This document shows, in pieces, positions 50,947-60,215 of a stretch of 64,000 nucleotides of DNA (the first letter of the stretch is position 1; each line of letters begins with the position of its first letter). Source of the stretch: an uncultured bacterium (lineage in GTDB: Bacteria; Chlamydiota; Chlamydiia; Chlamydiales; SM23-39); contig OY970323.1 of NCBI GenBank assembly GCA_963716985.1, forward strand, positions 1,760,001-1,824,000, given 5' to 3'. The notes under the pieces were generated by a model. That model was not told the origin of the DNA and did no database searches. It worked only from the letters and a program-made list of their open reading frames with translations. The translations under genes and the position numbers were made by a program.

Positions 50947-51957
50947 TTAGAATGCAACCGACAGGGTCGTAGAGAGCCCCTGCATGTGCAGATGTCCGGG
51001 GAAAAAGTTCGAGGTCGGCGTTTGCGGATCGTTCGGATCAAAGACAAATTGTCGGTCCACTTCATGAATGCAGAAAAAACTATTGAGCTCATAGCCGACA
51101 AAGAGAAAAAGCTTCCACTTTTGAAACTCATATTTCCAAGAGGGCCCAAGCAGAAACTGGAGCTGGGTCACCACGCGAAAATCATCATTATGGGCATGGA
51201 CAATATAACCCATCGCGCCCCCAAATGGATGGGAGCGAATATTGAAACGATTGTCGTGATTGCCGAACAGAGCACAGCCGCACACCCTTGCGTGCAAGCC
51301 AAGGCCCCATTTCATGAGCCAATCCATATCGAGTCCGATCTTGGGCCCTCCCCCTTTAAAATTCCAATCATTCTTGATGTTCAAAGAATTGGCGCTCTTG
51401 GCAAGGCTGTCGTAGTAATTCACTTCCCATCTCTGGCGAAACCAGACGGCGCTCATCGCGTTAATCAGAGTCAAATGCAGATAGGGAGTCGTTTCAAACA
51501 TTCTCTTCAAATAAAAATCCGCAAAATGGGTCCTGAGCGAAAGATAGCTCGTGGCCCGTTCGATGTTGGTTAAAGGAAATTGCGGGAAAATACCCTGGAA
51601 ATGGCGCCCCTCATGCCGCATATGGTCTTCTCTCTGCCAGGGATCGTAATTTCCATATTGAACTTCGAACTGCCATTGATCGGGAGCAAAGGTGTATCCC
51701 ACCGATACCCGAAACCCCCCTCTCCAATAAAATTTTCCGATCTTCATCTCGTCGGTCAGTAGATAATTGGGCGTTAGAGTCGCTACATCGTCATAGACAT
51801 ATTCCAGTCCATCTTCATAGGTATTCCAGCAAAGAAAATCCCCCTGGACCGTCCAGGGAGTCCTTTTTTCTTTTGACATCTCTTGAGTCTTTGGCTCTAC
51901 GTCTGCAGATAAAAAACCAAAACCTAAGATCAATAGTCCAACCAAGGCCCGTCTCAT
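50947..51957 (-). CDS. Lpg1974/MOMP-like outer-membrane beta-barrel
   Basis: Signal peptide, GFRVSVGY, GGGPKIG, GYELN, terminal F. Confidence 0.78.
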   Translation of the reverse strand: MRRALVGLLILGFGFLSADVEPKTQEMSKEKRTPWTVQGDFLCWNTYEDGLEYVYDDVATLTPNYLLTDEMKIGKFYWRGGFRVSVGYTFAPDQWQFEVQYGNYDPWQREDHMRHEGRHFQGIFPQFPLTNIERATSYLSLRTHFADFYLKRMFETTPYLHLTLINAMSAVWFRQRWEVNYYDSLAKSANSLNIKNDWNFKGGGPKIGLDMDWLMKWGLGLHARVCGCALFGNHDNRFNIRSHPFGGAMGYIVHAHNDDFRVVTQLQFLLGPSWKYEFQKWKLFLFVGYELNSFFCIHEVDRQFVFDPNDPQTPTSNFFPGHLHMQGLSTTLSVAF

Positions 51958-52134
51958 AGAAAAACTCTTTCTTGCTTTTTTTTAGGGTATCGATCAAGAA
52001 ATTTATTGACAATCTCATTCTGAAAGAGGCAGGGATCCTTTATGTTTTTTATTTAGCTTTTCAGAGGAAATCGGCTTTTAGAACGCGCCAAAAGCCGATT
52101 TTTCAAGTTCCTTGAATATAATGAACAAAATCGA

Positions 52135-53124
52135 TCAAAAACCCAGACCAAGAGATAAATAAGGCCCCTGATCCGTGTAATTGTAAAAATGCGCACGGGT
52201 TTCACCAACAGCATTGGCAATAGAGTCGAGTTCAGGAATGGCATTCAAAAAAACAGAAAATTCATAGCCCATTTCAAGAGCAACGGTTGTACCGTGGAAA
52301 GTTCCATTATACCCCAAGCCGGCGCGTAGGTTCCATGCAGGGATTACCGTCCAAGTTCTTTCCTGCCTTCCTGTCCAATCAGCACCTAACGTATTATCAT
52401 AAGTAAACTCTGCGTGGGTCTGTGAGACGAGTAAGCTTCCTGTAGCTAAAACCTCTAATGAAAAAAAGGAGCAGGGATCTTTCTCATTTTTCCAAAATCG
52501 ATAATGTCCGTTAATCCCTCCTTGGGGACCTATTCCTAAAAAATGGGTAAACAAATGTGTGTCTTCCAATTGCGTTCCATCATAATGATTATAAAAGCGA
52601 CGATCGGTATGTCGGATATGTGCATATTGCGCTCCTCCTACAAGATGCAATAAAAGGTGTCGCGAACAATACGTTTTTCTTTCCCAAAGAAGGGAAACGT
52701 CATCGTTATAGAGACAAACTTTTGAAGAAGCCGATCCGTTATATGACCCTCTCGCAGCAGTCGATCTACTTCCGGGCGATGTTTGGGTTGGAGAAAGTGC
52801 AAATCCGACAATCACACGTCTTTCATGGCCATTTAAGTGTGACCATTCCAAAGAGAGACAATTCAAACCATTAGAAAAACCATACAATGCTGCGACTCGA
52901 AATCCCGGTTTAAAACCCAAAGAATTTTCTTTTACAACACCACTGCCAATATTTCCCGCACTAGGAGTAACTTCATTTCCATCGAACACAAAATAAGTAT
53001 CTCCTACATTTGGAAGCAGATAAATTGCTTCTCCTTGAATAGTAAATGTTCCCGGAGCAGGAAATTGCTGCGCAAACAAAAAACTACTCATGAATACTGC
53101 TAAAAACGAGAACAACTTTTTCAT
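52135..53124 (-). CDS. Lpg1974/MOMP-like outer-membrane beta-barrel
   Basis: Signal peptide, PGFRV, GIGPQGG, GYEF, QGPYLSLGLGF. Confidence 0.78.
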   Translation of the reverse strand: MKKLFSFLAVFMSSFLFAQQFPAPGTFTIQGEAIYLLPNVGDTYFVFDGNEVTPSAGNIGSGVVKENSLGFKPGFRVAALYGFSNGLNCLSLEWSHLNGHERRVIVGFALSPTQTSPGSRSTAARGSYNGSASSKVCLYNDDVSLLWERKTYCSRHLLLHLVGGAQYAHIRHTDRRFYNHYDGTQLEDTHLFTHFLGIGPQGGINGHYRFWKNEKDPCSFFSLEVLATGSLLVSQTHAEFTYDNTLGADWTGRQERTWTVIPAWNLRAGLGYNGTFHGTTVALEMGYEFSVFLNAIPELDSIANAVGETRAHFYNYTDQGPYLSLGLGF

Positions 53125-53208
53125 TTTTCCTCCGAGGATTCTTCTGCATCAATTTAAAATAAATCACAAAAAGCTAACAGAAAAATTTTTGCATTTTTTC
53201 ACCATTCC

Positions 53209-54315
53209 TTAGCGGATCATCTCTATGATCGCTTCATGAACTCTTTCCACCGGAAGAGAAAAGAGGCAGTCGGCCATTTTAGCTCCGGCGCATCCATCCA
53301 GACAGCAGGGGCGGCAGCTATAAGGCAGGGAGAGGATCTTTGCGTTTGGATTGCGCCAAGGCCCCCAAAGGATCTCCGATGTAGGGCCAAAAAGCACAAG
53401 AGTTTTGGCCAAAAGGGCGCTTGCAATATGAAGAGAGACGGAATCGACGCAAAGAAGAAGCCGGCTCATCTCGATCAGAGCGCCCATCTCTTTGAGCGTT
53501 GTTTGCCCCGAAAAATCGCACAAGAGCGGAGAGTAAATCCCTTCCTTGATCCTCTCCACAAACTCCTTTTCTAACCCATCAACGCCCCCGCAAAGGGCCA
53601 CGGGCATTTTTTTTTCTAAAAGCTGCAGGATCAATTGTTGAAAACAGGAAGAGGGCCAGCTTTTATAGAGCCACCGTGAAGCGGGGTGAATCAAGAGATA
53701 CGAACCCTTGGCAATGTTCTTTTCTTTGAGGCGTTTTTCCATCTCTATTTTCGCAGCATCCGGCACATAAAAAAAAAGTTTTCTCTCTTCTTGGGGAAAA
53801 ATTCCGATCCGTCTCAAAGCATCCAGGTTCTTCTCCACTGTATGGCGCGGGGCGCCATAGTGTTTGATCAGGTGAGTGTAGAGCTTCTTTTTCCCCTTGA
53901 GGCCCGAGCCTTGCGGGTCCATCCCTACGCGAAAACGCGCACCCGAAATCCATGCAACAATGGCTCCGCGATCTCCCTCGGTGAGATTGATGACCATGTC
54001 ATACTTTTTTTTCCGCATCGACAGCATCAGCTTCCCTTCTCGAACAAGACGCTTCCAAAGAGGAAGTTTTTTCCATCCCCTCGGATACCCATGAAAAGAA
54101 GAGATGGCCGGATGGCCCTCGAGCATGGGGATCGATTCTTCATAGAGATAGGCATCGATCTCTGCATGGGGAAGTCTTTCTTTTAAGAGGGTAAAAAGAG
54201 GACTTGTCAGAAGCACATCCCCCAGATGGCGCAGCTTGATAACAAGGACTCGATTCACAGAGGAAAGATCGGGGTAGCTGCCATAGGACATCGTTGGCAT
54301 TATTTCTCCCATCAT
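53209..54315 (-). CDS. GT9 LPS heptosyltransferase (RfaQ/WaaQ-like)
   Basis: VIKLRHLGDVLL, NLTEGDRG, HPASRW..K.W, VDS..LHIA, LFGPT. Confidence 0.88.
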   Translation of the reverse strand: MMGEIMPTMSYGSYPDLSSVNRVLVIKLRHLGDVLLTSPLFTLLKERLPHAEIDAYLYEESIPMLEGHPAISSFHGYPRGWKKLPLWKRLVREGKLMLSMRKKKYDMVINLTEGDRGAIVAWISGARFRVGMDPQGSGLKGKKKLYTHLIKHYGAPRHTVEKNLDALRRIGIFPQEERKLFFYVPDAAKIEMEKRLKEKNIAKGSYLLIHPASRWLYKSWPSSCFQQLILQLLEKKMPVALCGGVDGLEKEFVERIKEGIYSPLLCDFSGQTTLKEMGALIEMSRLLLCVDSVSLHIASALLAKTLVLFGPTSEILWGPWRNPNAKILSLPYSCRPCCLDGCAGAKMADCLFSLPVERVHEAIIEMIR

Positions 54316-54357
54316 TTATAATAGGCTCTTTTCAAAAAAACCCGGAGGCACTTTTCA

Positions 54358-54816
54358 ATGGAACAAACTTTATCTATTATTAAACCCGATGCGGTCGAAA
54401 AAGATCAAATGGGAAATATCCTTGCCCGCTTGGAAAAAGCAGGATTAAAAATCGTTGCGGCCAAGATGGTCCGTCTGACGAAAGCAAAAGCAGAATCTTT
54501 CTATGAAGTGCACAAAGGAAAACCCTTTTATAGCGATCTGACCACCTTCCTCTCATCGGGCCCAATTCTCGTCCTTGTTCTCGAAGGGGAAAATGCAGTT
54601 TTACAAAACCGAAAAGTCATGGGAGCCACCGATCCCGCAAAAGCGGATGCAGGCACCATTCGCAAGGATTTTGCAACAAGCCTCGACAAAAACGCCGTTC
54701 ATGGCTCCGATTCTCTCGAAAATGCCAAAAAAGAGATCGCCTTCTTTTTCAAACCAGACGAGATCTTTTCCCGCTTTCCCTCTCCTAAAAAAAGCTGCTG
54801 CCGCTGCTGTTCTTGA
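54358..54816 (+). CDS. ndk: nucleoside diphosphate kinase
   Basis: [22 protein letters not shown]. Confidence 0.97.
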   Translation: MEQTLSIIKPDAVEKDQMGNILARLEKAGLKIVAAKMVRLTKAKAESFYEVHKGKPFYSDLTTFLSSGPILVLVLEGENAVLQNRKVMGATDPAKADAGTIRKDFATSLDKNAVHGSDSLENAKKEIAFFFKPDEIFSRFPSPKKSCCRCCS

Positions 54817-54824
54817 GTCCAAAT

Positions 54825-54849
54825 AGGAGGCTTAAAAACCTCCTTTTTC
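54825..54849 (+). terminator. intrinsic terminator after ndk
   Basis: AGGAGG-loop-CCTCCT followed by a T run. Confidence 0.7.
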
Positions 54850-54972
54850 AAATTTTTTCTTACATATTTAATTAAAGAAATTTTTACTATGTAATCTTTT
54901 TTTAATTAAAAACAAAATTGAAAACAAGTCGTTAATTTGTTATAATAATTATATATTAACGGTAGTTTTAAA

Positions 54973-56616
54973 ATGTCTACTAAAATCGAAATCTTACAAA
55001 GAAGCTCTACGGCCTCGACATCCATCGATGCCCTGCAAGAACCCCAATCACTTGCGTATCTTGACTGCAATGTTCTCGAAATCATTGCACAATCATTGCA
55101 GCCGCGAGACATGGCAGCCCTTGCCGCAACCTGCAAAACGCTGCGTCAACTGATGAATCATTACACCACTGCAGTTGTGGAGGGCAAGCGCGTCGTCACA
55201 CCCGGCATTATTACGACGGAATTAAGACAAAGAATGATTCGTTCGGATGCGAACTTCAATATCGTTACAAAAGACGTCTGCGATCTGCTGATTAAATATT
55301 CAGAATATCACGCATGGCTGCGTGCGCATCAAGCATTAGACGAGTCCCAGGCAGGCGATAAGCAGTCCTATATCCATTTGCGCGCTTTCCCCGATATGAA
55401 TGACGAACAATTAGAACAAATCATCAAAACTCATCCGGAGATAAAAACTCTCGACCTTTCCTCTTGCACAAATCTCACACCGGCCGGCCTGTCCCGTATC
55501 TTATCTAGCGCTCTCGCACCTCATTCTTGGGGACTTGAACATTTGGACCTATCGTCCAGGGAAATTGACAATGCACAATTAGAGCAAATCATCAAGGCTC
55601 ATCCCCATCTGAAATCGTTAAAAATTTCGTCCGAAAATATCACCCCGGGCGGTCTTACCCATATTTTATCGGACAAATCCATCCTGCCTTGTCTGGAGCA
55701 TTTGGATTTTTCGATTTTTCCGCACGTTAATAAGGAACAACTCAAGCAAATCATCGGAGCCCATCCCCGCCTGAAATCTTTAAGACTCGAACACTGCGGA
55801 CTCTCCGGAGAGGACCTGGCCGATATCTTATCTGCCGCTCAAAATTCTCTGGACCTTGAATATTTGGATTTATCTAGGACAGATATCCATGATGAAGAAT
55901 TAGAGCAAATCATCAGAGCGCATCCCCATCTGAAGTCTTTAAAAATCGTTCTTTGCAACAATCTCACCGGAGACGGGCTGGTCCGCATCTTAGCTTCTCT
56001 GGATCTTGAATTTTTGGATTTGTCTTTTCGTAATGGAAATATCGGTGGTGCACATTTAATGCAAATCATCAGAGATCAACCTCGTCTAAAATCTCTATCT
56101 CTCCGCCGGAACCCCAATCCAGCCGAGCTGACCCCTCTTTTAGGTAACGCATCGGAACTTACTTGCTTGGAGCATCTAAATCTATCTTTTACAAATGTTC
56201 TCGATGAGCAATTAGAGCAAATCATCCAAGCTCACCCCCATCTGAAATCTTTAAAAATCGCTCTCTGCCGGAAGCTCTCTGCAAAGATGACGGCCCGTCT
56301 TTTAGGCACTGCATCTTTACCGGAGGTGCAGCTTTTGGATGTAACTGGACACAAAATATCTGATAAACAATTAATGCAAATCAGCAAAGGCTGTCTTCAT
56401 TTGGAATCTATCTTCCTTTCAGCTTGCGATAACCTCACTCGTGGCTGCCTGCACGATCTTGCAACCCATCCCACCTTGAAGGTAATCTATCCGCCTCCTT
56501 CCTGGGAACCTGGAATATTCGTAAAAAAAGGATTTGGGCATTTTAGACCCTACAATTTTGTCGACCAGCCACCCCCTATCGCTTCTAGCTCCTATAATCC
56601 TTGTAGTTTGCAATAA
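54973..56616 (+). CDS. F-box-like + LRR protein ending in CaaX-like CSLQ
   Basis: N-terminal L....L..I...L...D...LAATCK.L; repeats LEHLDLS...I...QLEQII.AHP.LKSL. Confidence 0.82.
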   Translation: MSTKIEILQRSSTASTSIDALQEPQSLAYLDCNVLEIIAQSLQPRDMAALAATCKTLRQLMNHYTTAVVEGKRVVTPGIITTELRQRMIRSDANFNIVTKDVCDLLIKYSEYHAWLRAHQALDESQAGDKQSYIHLRAFPDMNDEQLEQIIKTHPEIKTLDLSSCTNLTPAGLSRILSSALAPHSWGLEHLDLSSREIDNAQLEQIIKAHPHLKSLKISSENITPGGLTHILSDKSILPCLEHLDFSIFPHVNKEQLKQIIGAHPRLKSLRLEHCGLSGEDLADILSAAQNSLDLEYLDLSRTDIHDEELEQIIRAHPHLKSLKIVLCNNLTGDGLVRILASLDLEFLDLSFRNGNIGGAHLMQIIRDQPRLKSLSLRRNPNPAELTPLLGNASELTCLEHLNLSFTNVLDEQLEQIIQAHPHLKSLKIALCRKLSAKMTARLLGTASLPEVQLLDVTGHKISDKQLMQISKGCLHLESIFLSACDNLTRGCLHDLATHPTLKVIYPPPSWEPGIFVKKGFGHFRPYNFVDQPPPIASSSYNPCSLQ

Positions 56617-56797
56617 CCGCATTCGTGCTGCACGATCTTGAAGCCGCCTCGACTTGGGAAGAATAGATCCGCCTCCTTCCCGAGAACTTGAAGCGTTTAT
56701 AATAGCATGCTCAGATAAGTTTTTTATCTTTTTAATTTGTAAATTAATCGTTAATTTGACATAATTGTTTAATTGAAAATCAAACAATGAACTTAAA

Positions 56798-58484
56798 ATG
56801 ACAACCTGCAGCTCAACATCCGCAGTTCTTCAAAATTGCGACTCGACCATTCTAGGATAACATCGCAGAACATTTGCAACCAAGAGAGATGGCAGCACTT
56901 GCTGCAACCTGTCGCAACCTTCATCAACGGATGAACCATTGCACCGTTGATGCTAGCGGAAAGCTCATTGCAACCGGCGTGATCACAATGGAGCTAAGAC
57001 GAAGATTAGATCCGGGCGCTCATTTCAATGTCGTTACCAGCGACAAGCTGACGCTGCTGGTTCAATATTCAGACTATTCTACGTGGCTGCGTGCGCATCA
57101 AGCATTAGACGAACCCTCGGGAAGAGACGTAGAGCCGTATATGCATTTGCTTGCTTTCCCACATATTCAAGACGAAGAATTAGAGCAAATCATCAGAGCC
57201 CATCCCTCTATAAAAACTCTTGACCTTTCCCTTTGCAAAGAGCTCACCCAAGCCGGCCTGGTCCGTATCTTATCTAGCGCTCTCACTCCCGATTCTCAGG
57301 GCCTTGAACATTTGGACATGTCTTCCAAAGTCATTGACAATGCACGATTAGAGCAAATCATCAGAGCACACCCCCATCTAAAATCGTTATATGTCTGCCT
57401 AAACGAACCTGCCCCTGTTTTAGCAAACGAATCTCTACTACGTCATTTGGAGCATTTGAATTTATCAACGATGATGATTAATGAGGAACAATTCAAGCAA
57501 ATCATCAGAGCACACCCCCGCCTGAAATCTTTAAAACTCAGACACTGCGAACTCTCCGGAGAGGCCCTGGCCCACATCTTATCTGCCGCTCAAGGTTCTC
57601 TAGACCTTGAATATTTGGATTTATCTTGGAAAGATATCAATGACGCACAATTAGAGCAAATCATCAGAGCGCATCCCCATCTGAAATCTTTAATAATCGC
57701 TTTCTGCAGAAATCTCACCGGAAAGGGCCTGGTCCCTATCTTATCTGCCGCTCAAAGCCCTCTAGACCTTGCATATTTGGATTTGTCTTCGATACACATT
57801 CACGACGCACAATTAGAGCAAATCATCGGAATGCAACCTCATCTCAAATCTCTATGCCTCGCAGACTGTAGGAAGCTCACCCCAAATGGACTGACACATC
57901 TTTTAAGTGACGTATCGAAACTTCGTTGCTTGGAGCATCTGGCTTTGTCTCCCATTGGTATTGATGATGCACAATTAGAGCAAATCGTCAGGGCTCATCC
58001 CCGTCTGAAATCTTTAAAAATCGCCGGCTGCCCGAACCTCACCGGAAACGGGATAACCCATCTTTTAGGCGCCGCATCTCTACCGGATCTGGAACATTTG
58101 ACGTTAGGAACACCCTGTTCAGGGCGATGTGCCATCAATGCTGCCCAATTAGAGCAAATCATCAAAGGCTGTCCTAGTCTAAAGTCTTTATTTCTTGGGG
58201 CAGGGCCGTTCGATCATCTCACTCCTGACCTCCTACAGGTCCTTGAATGCCACCGCAACCTCAGGGTAATCCTTCCTACCGGATGGTTGGGGCACGACGA
58301 GATCTTCGCAAAAGATGGCCTTGGGCATTTTGGACCCTACAATTTTGTCGAGAGAATATACCCTATCCCCCAGCGACACTCTAACCGCGTCATATGTGCT
58401 GTCACAGGAATTGCCGTGCCGATTTTCGTTGGTCTTTTTGCCATCGCAAGTAGATACTTCCTGTATCAAAAATTTTTCAAATAA
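56798..58484 (+). CDS. paralogous F-box-like + LRR protein with C-terminal TM; apparent +1 frameshift near 56858
   Basis: ATG 56798 gives MTTCSSTSAVLQNCDSTILG*; similarity to the paralogue resumes in another frame (IAEHLQPREMAALAATC, ORF 56874-58484). Confidence 0.75.
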
Positions 58485-58583
58485 AACGCTTTCTTCTTGT
58501 CTTAAAAAAAAACCTTACTTTAGCATTGCTCATCGATTCTCACTTGGGCGAAAGCGAGGAAAAGTTTTTACCGAGGCGTGTTC

Positions 58584-58830
58584 GTCAACCACCCCTCCCT
58601 AAAGGGAGAGGCTTGAGAATCAAGCCTGAAGTTGACCAGCCTTAGTCTTAAGGCAACTTGAGACTACGTTAGGAGCGAATATAATATATAGGCACCTTGG
58701 AATGCCGCCTCAGTTCTAAGCTCTGCGGTTAGCAGTTAAACCAAGCGTACGGGTTAAACCAGTGCTGTTAACATGGTAAACCGCTCCATAACTTTGGCGA
58801 GGGGAACTTTACCCGGGAAACCGGAGATTG
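58584..58830 (+). ncRNA. omegaRNA / HEARO RNA scaffold
   Basis: GTCAAC...GTTGACCAG, GACTACGTT, TAGGCACC..GGAATGC..CTCAGTTC...CTCTGCG, TTGGCGAGGGGAAC.TTACC upstream of iscB. 3' end approximate. Confidence 0.85.
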
Positions 58831-58857
58831 CAGGTAACTGCTATTAGAAATTTGTGT

Positions 58858-60186
58858 ATGCAGAAAATGTTTGTATTAGACAAAAACAGAAAACCACTCA
58901 TGCCCTGCTCGGCACAGAGAGCTAGAATGCTTTTGTCTTCAGGAAAATCAGCTGTTTTAAAACGCTATCCTTTTACCATTATTCTTAAGGATAGAGAGTG
59001 TGGCGATGTACAAGATCTTGAGGTTAAAATTGATCCCGGAAGCAAAACTTCCGGAATTGTTCTTGTTGGAAATTTTCTAAAAGGGAGAAAAGTTCTATGG
59101 GCAGCAAACCTCCAACATAGGGGAAATGCAATCTCATTATCACTTACCTCTAGAAGAGCATTGAGACGAAGCCGCCGTCATAGAAAAACACCCTATCGCG
59201 CCCCACGATTTGATAATCGAAGACGAAAAGATGGTTGGATTGCTCCTTCTTTGCAATCTAGAGTGGACCATATTCACACTTGGGTCTCCAGATTGCAGAG
59301 ATGCTCTCCTATATCTTCCATCGCTGTGGAGACTGTACGTTTTGATACGCAAAAATTGCAAAATCCGGAAATCTCCGGCATTCTCTATCAACAGGGAGAG
59401 TGCCTCGGCTACGAGATCAGGGAGTATCTTCTTGAAAAATGGGGGCGAAAATGCGCTTATTGCGGCACAGAAAACACGCGATTAGAAATCGACCATATTG
59501 TTCCCAAGAGCCAAGGCGGAAGCGATAGAGTCTCAAATCTCATCATCTCCTGCAAAGAATGCAATAGAAAAAAAATACACAGGGACATACAGGAGTTTTT
59601 AGAAAACAAGCCCTCTATTCTATCCAAAATTCTCTCCAAGTCAAAAGTTTCACTAAGCGATGCTGCCGTAGTCAATGCGACGAGAGTAGCAATAGGTCGC
59701 GATCTTCGCTCCTTCAAACTTCCCCTCACATTTTGGAGCGGCGGTAGGACAAAATTCAATAGAGTCAAACAATCGTACGAAAAAGACCACTGGATAGATG
59801 CTGCTTGTGTTGGAGAAACAGGAGAGTTCGTTCGCATCGACAAAACATTTTCCCCGCAAGTGATCAGGGAAACGGGAAGAGGCTGCCGCCAATTCTGCCT
59901 AGTGGATCGATATGGATTTCCAAGAACGAGCGCCAAAAAGCAGAAAAGTGTCTATGGCTTCAAAACGGGAGACCTTGCTAGAGCCATTGTAACGAAAGGC
60001 AAAAAATCAGGGTGTTATCTTGGAAGGGTAGCCGTGAGGCTTTCGGGAAATTTTTGTTTTGACACATCCGTCGGAAAAGTTGATGGCATTAACTATAGAT
60101 ACTGCCAAAATATACAGATGGCAGATGGTTACATTTATTCAATCGAGAAACCAAACAAAAGGAGCAGCGCTTCCTCCCACCCCTAA
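58858..60186 (+). CDS. iscB: RNA-guided endonuclease IscB
   Basis: PLMP; RuvC-I IDPGSK; bridge helix RRALRRSRR; RuvC-II ETVRFD; HNH CAYC..DHIVP..NL..C..CN; RuvC-III HWIDA. Confidence 0.95.
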   Translation: MQKMFVLDKNRKPLMPCSAQRARMLLSSGKSAVLKRYPFTIILKDRECGDVQDLEVKIDPGSKTSGIVLVGNFLKGRKVLWAANLQHRGNAISLSLTSRRALRRSRRHRKTPYRAPRFDNRRRKDGWIAPSLQSRVDHIHTWVSRLQRCSPISSIAVETVRFDTQKLQNPEISGILYQQGECLGYEIREYLLEKWGRKCAYCGTENTRLEIDHIVPKSQGGSDRVSNLIISCKECNRKKIHRDIQEFLENKPSILSKILSKSKVSLSDAAVVNATRVAIGRDLRSFKLPLTFWSGGRTKFNRVKQSYEKDHWIDAACVGETGEFVRIDKTFSPQVIRETGRGCRQFCLVDRYGFPRTSAKKQKSVYGFKTGDLARAIVTKGKKSGCYLGRVAVRLSGNFCFDTSVGKVDGINYRYCQNIQMADGYIYSIEKPNKRSSASSHP

Positions 60187-60215
60187 AGGGATGGGTTTCC
60201 GCGCTGTCAAATAGG

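Larger units (their letters stand above)
58584..60215 (+). mobile_element. non-autonomous IS200/IS605-superfamily IscB element (no tnpA)
   Basis: Starts GTCAACCACCCC; subterminal hairpins with TAAA loops at ~58592-58611 and ~60176-60195; followed by ATGA. Confidence 0.85.

Noticed and set aside
55400..58160. Regularly recurring CAATTAGAGCAAATCATC-like units resembling a CRISPR array
   Set aside because: They are in-frame LRR coding repeats (QLEQII) with ~150-180 bp spacing and homologous intervening sequence; no cas genes.
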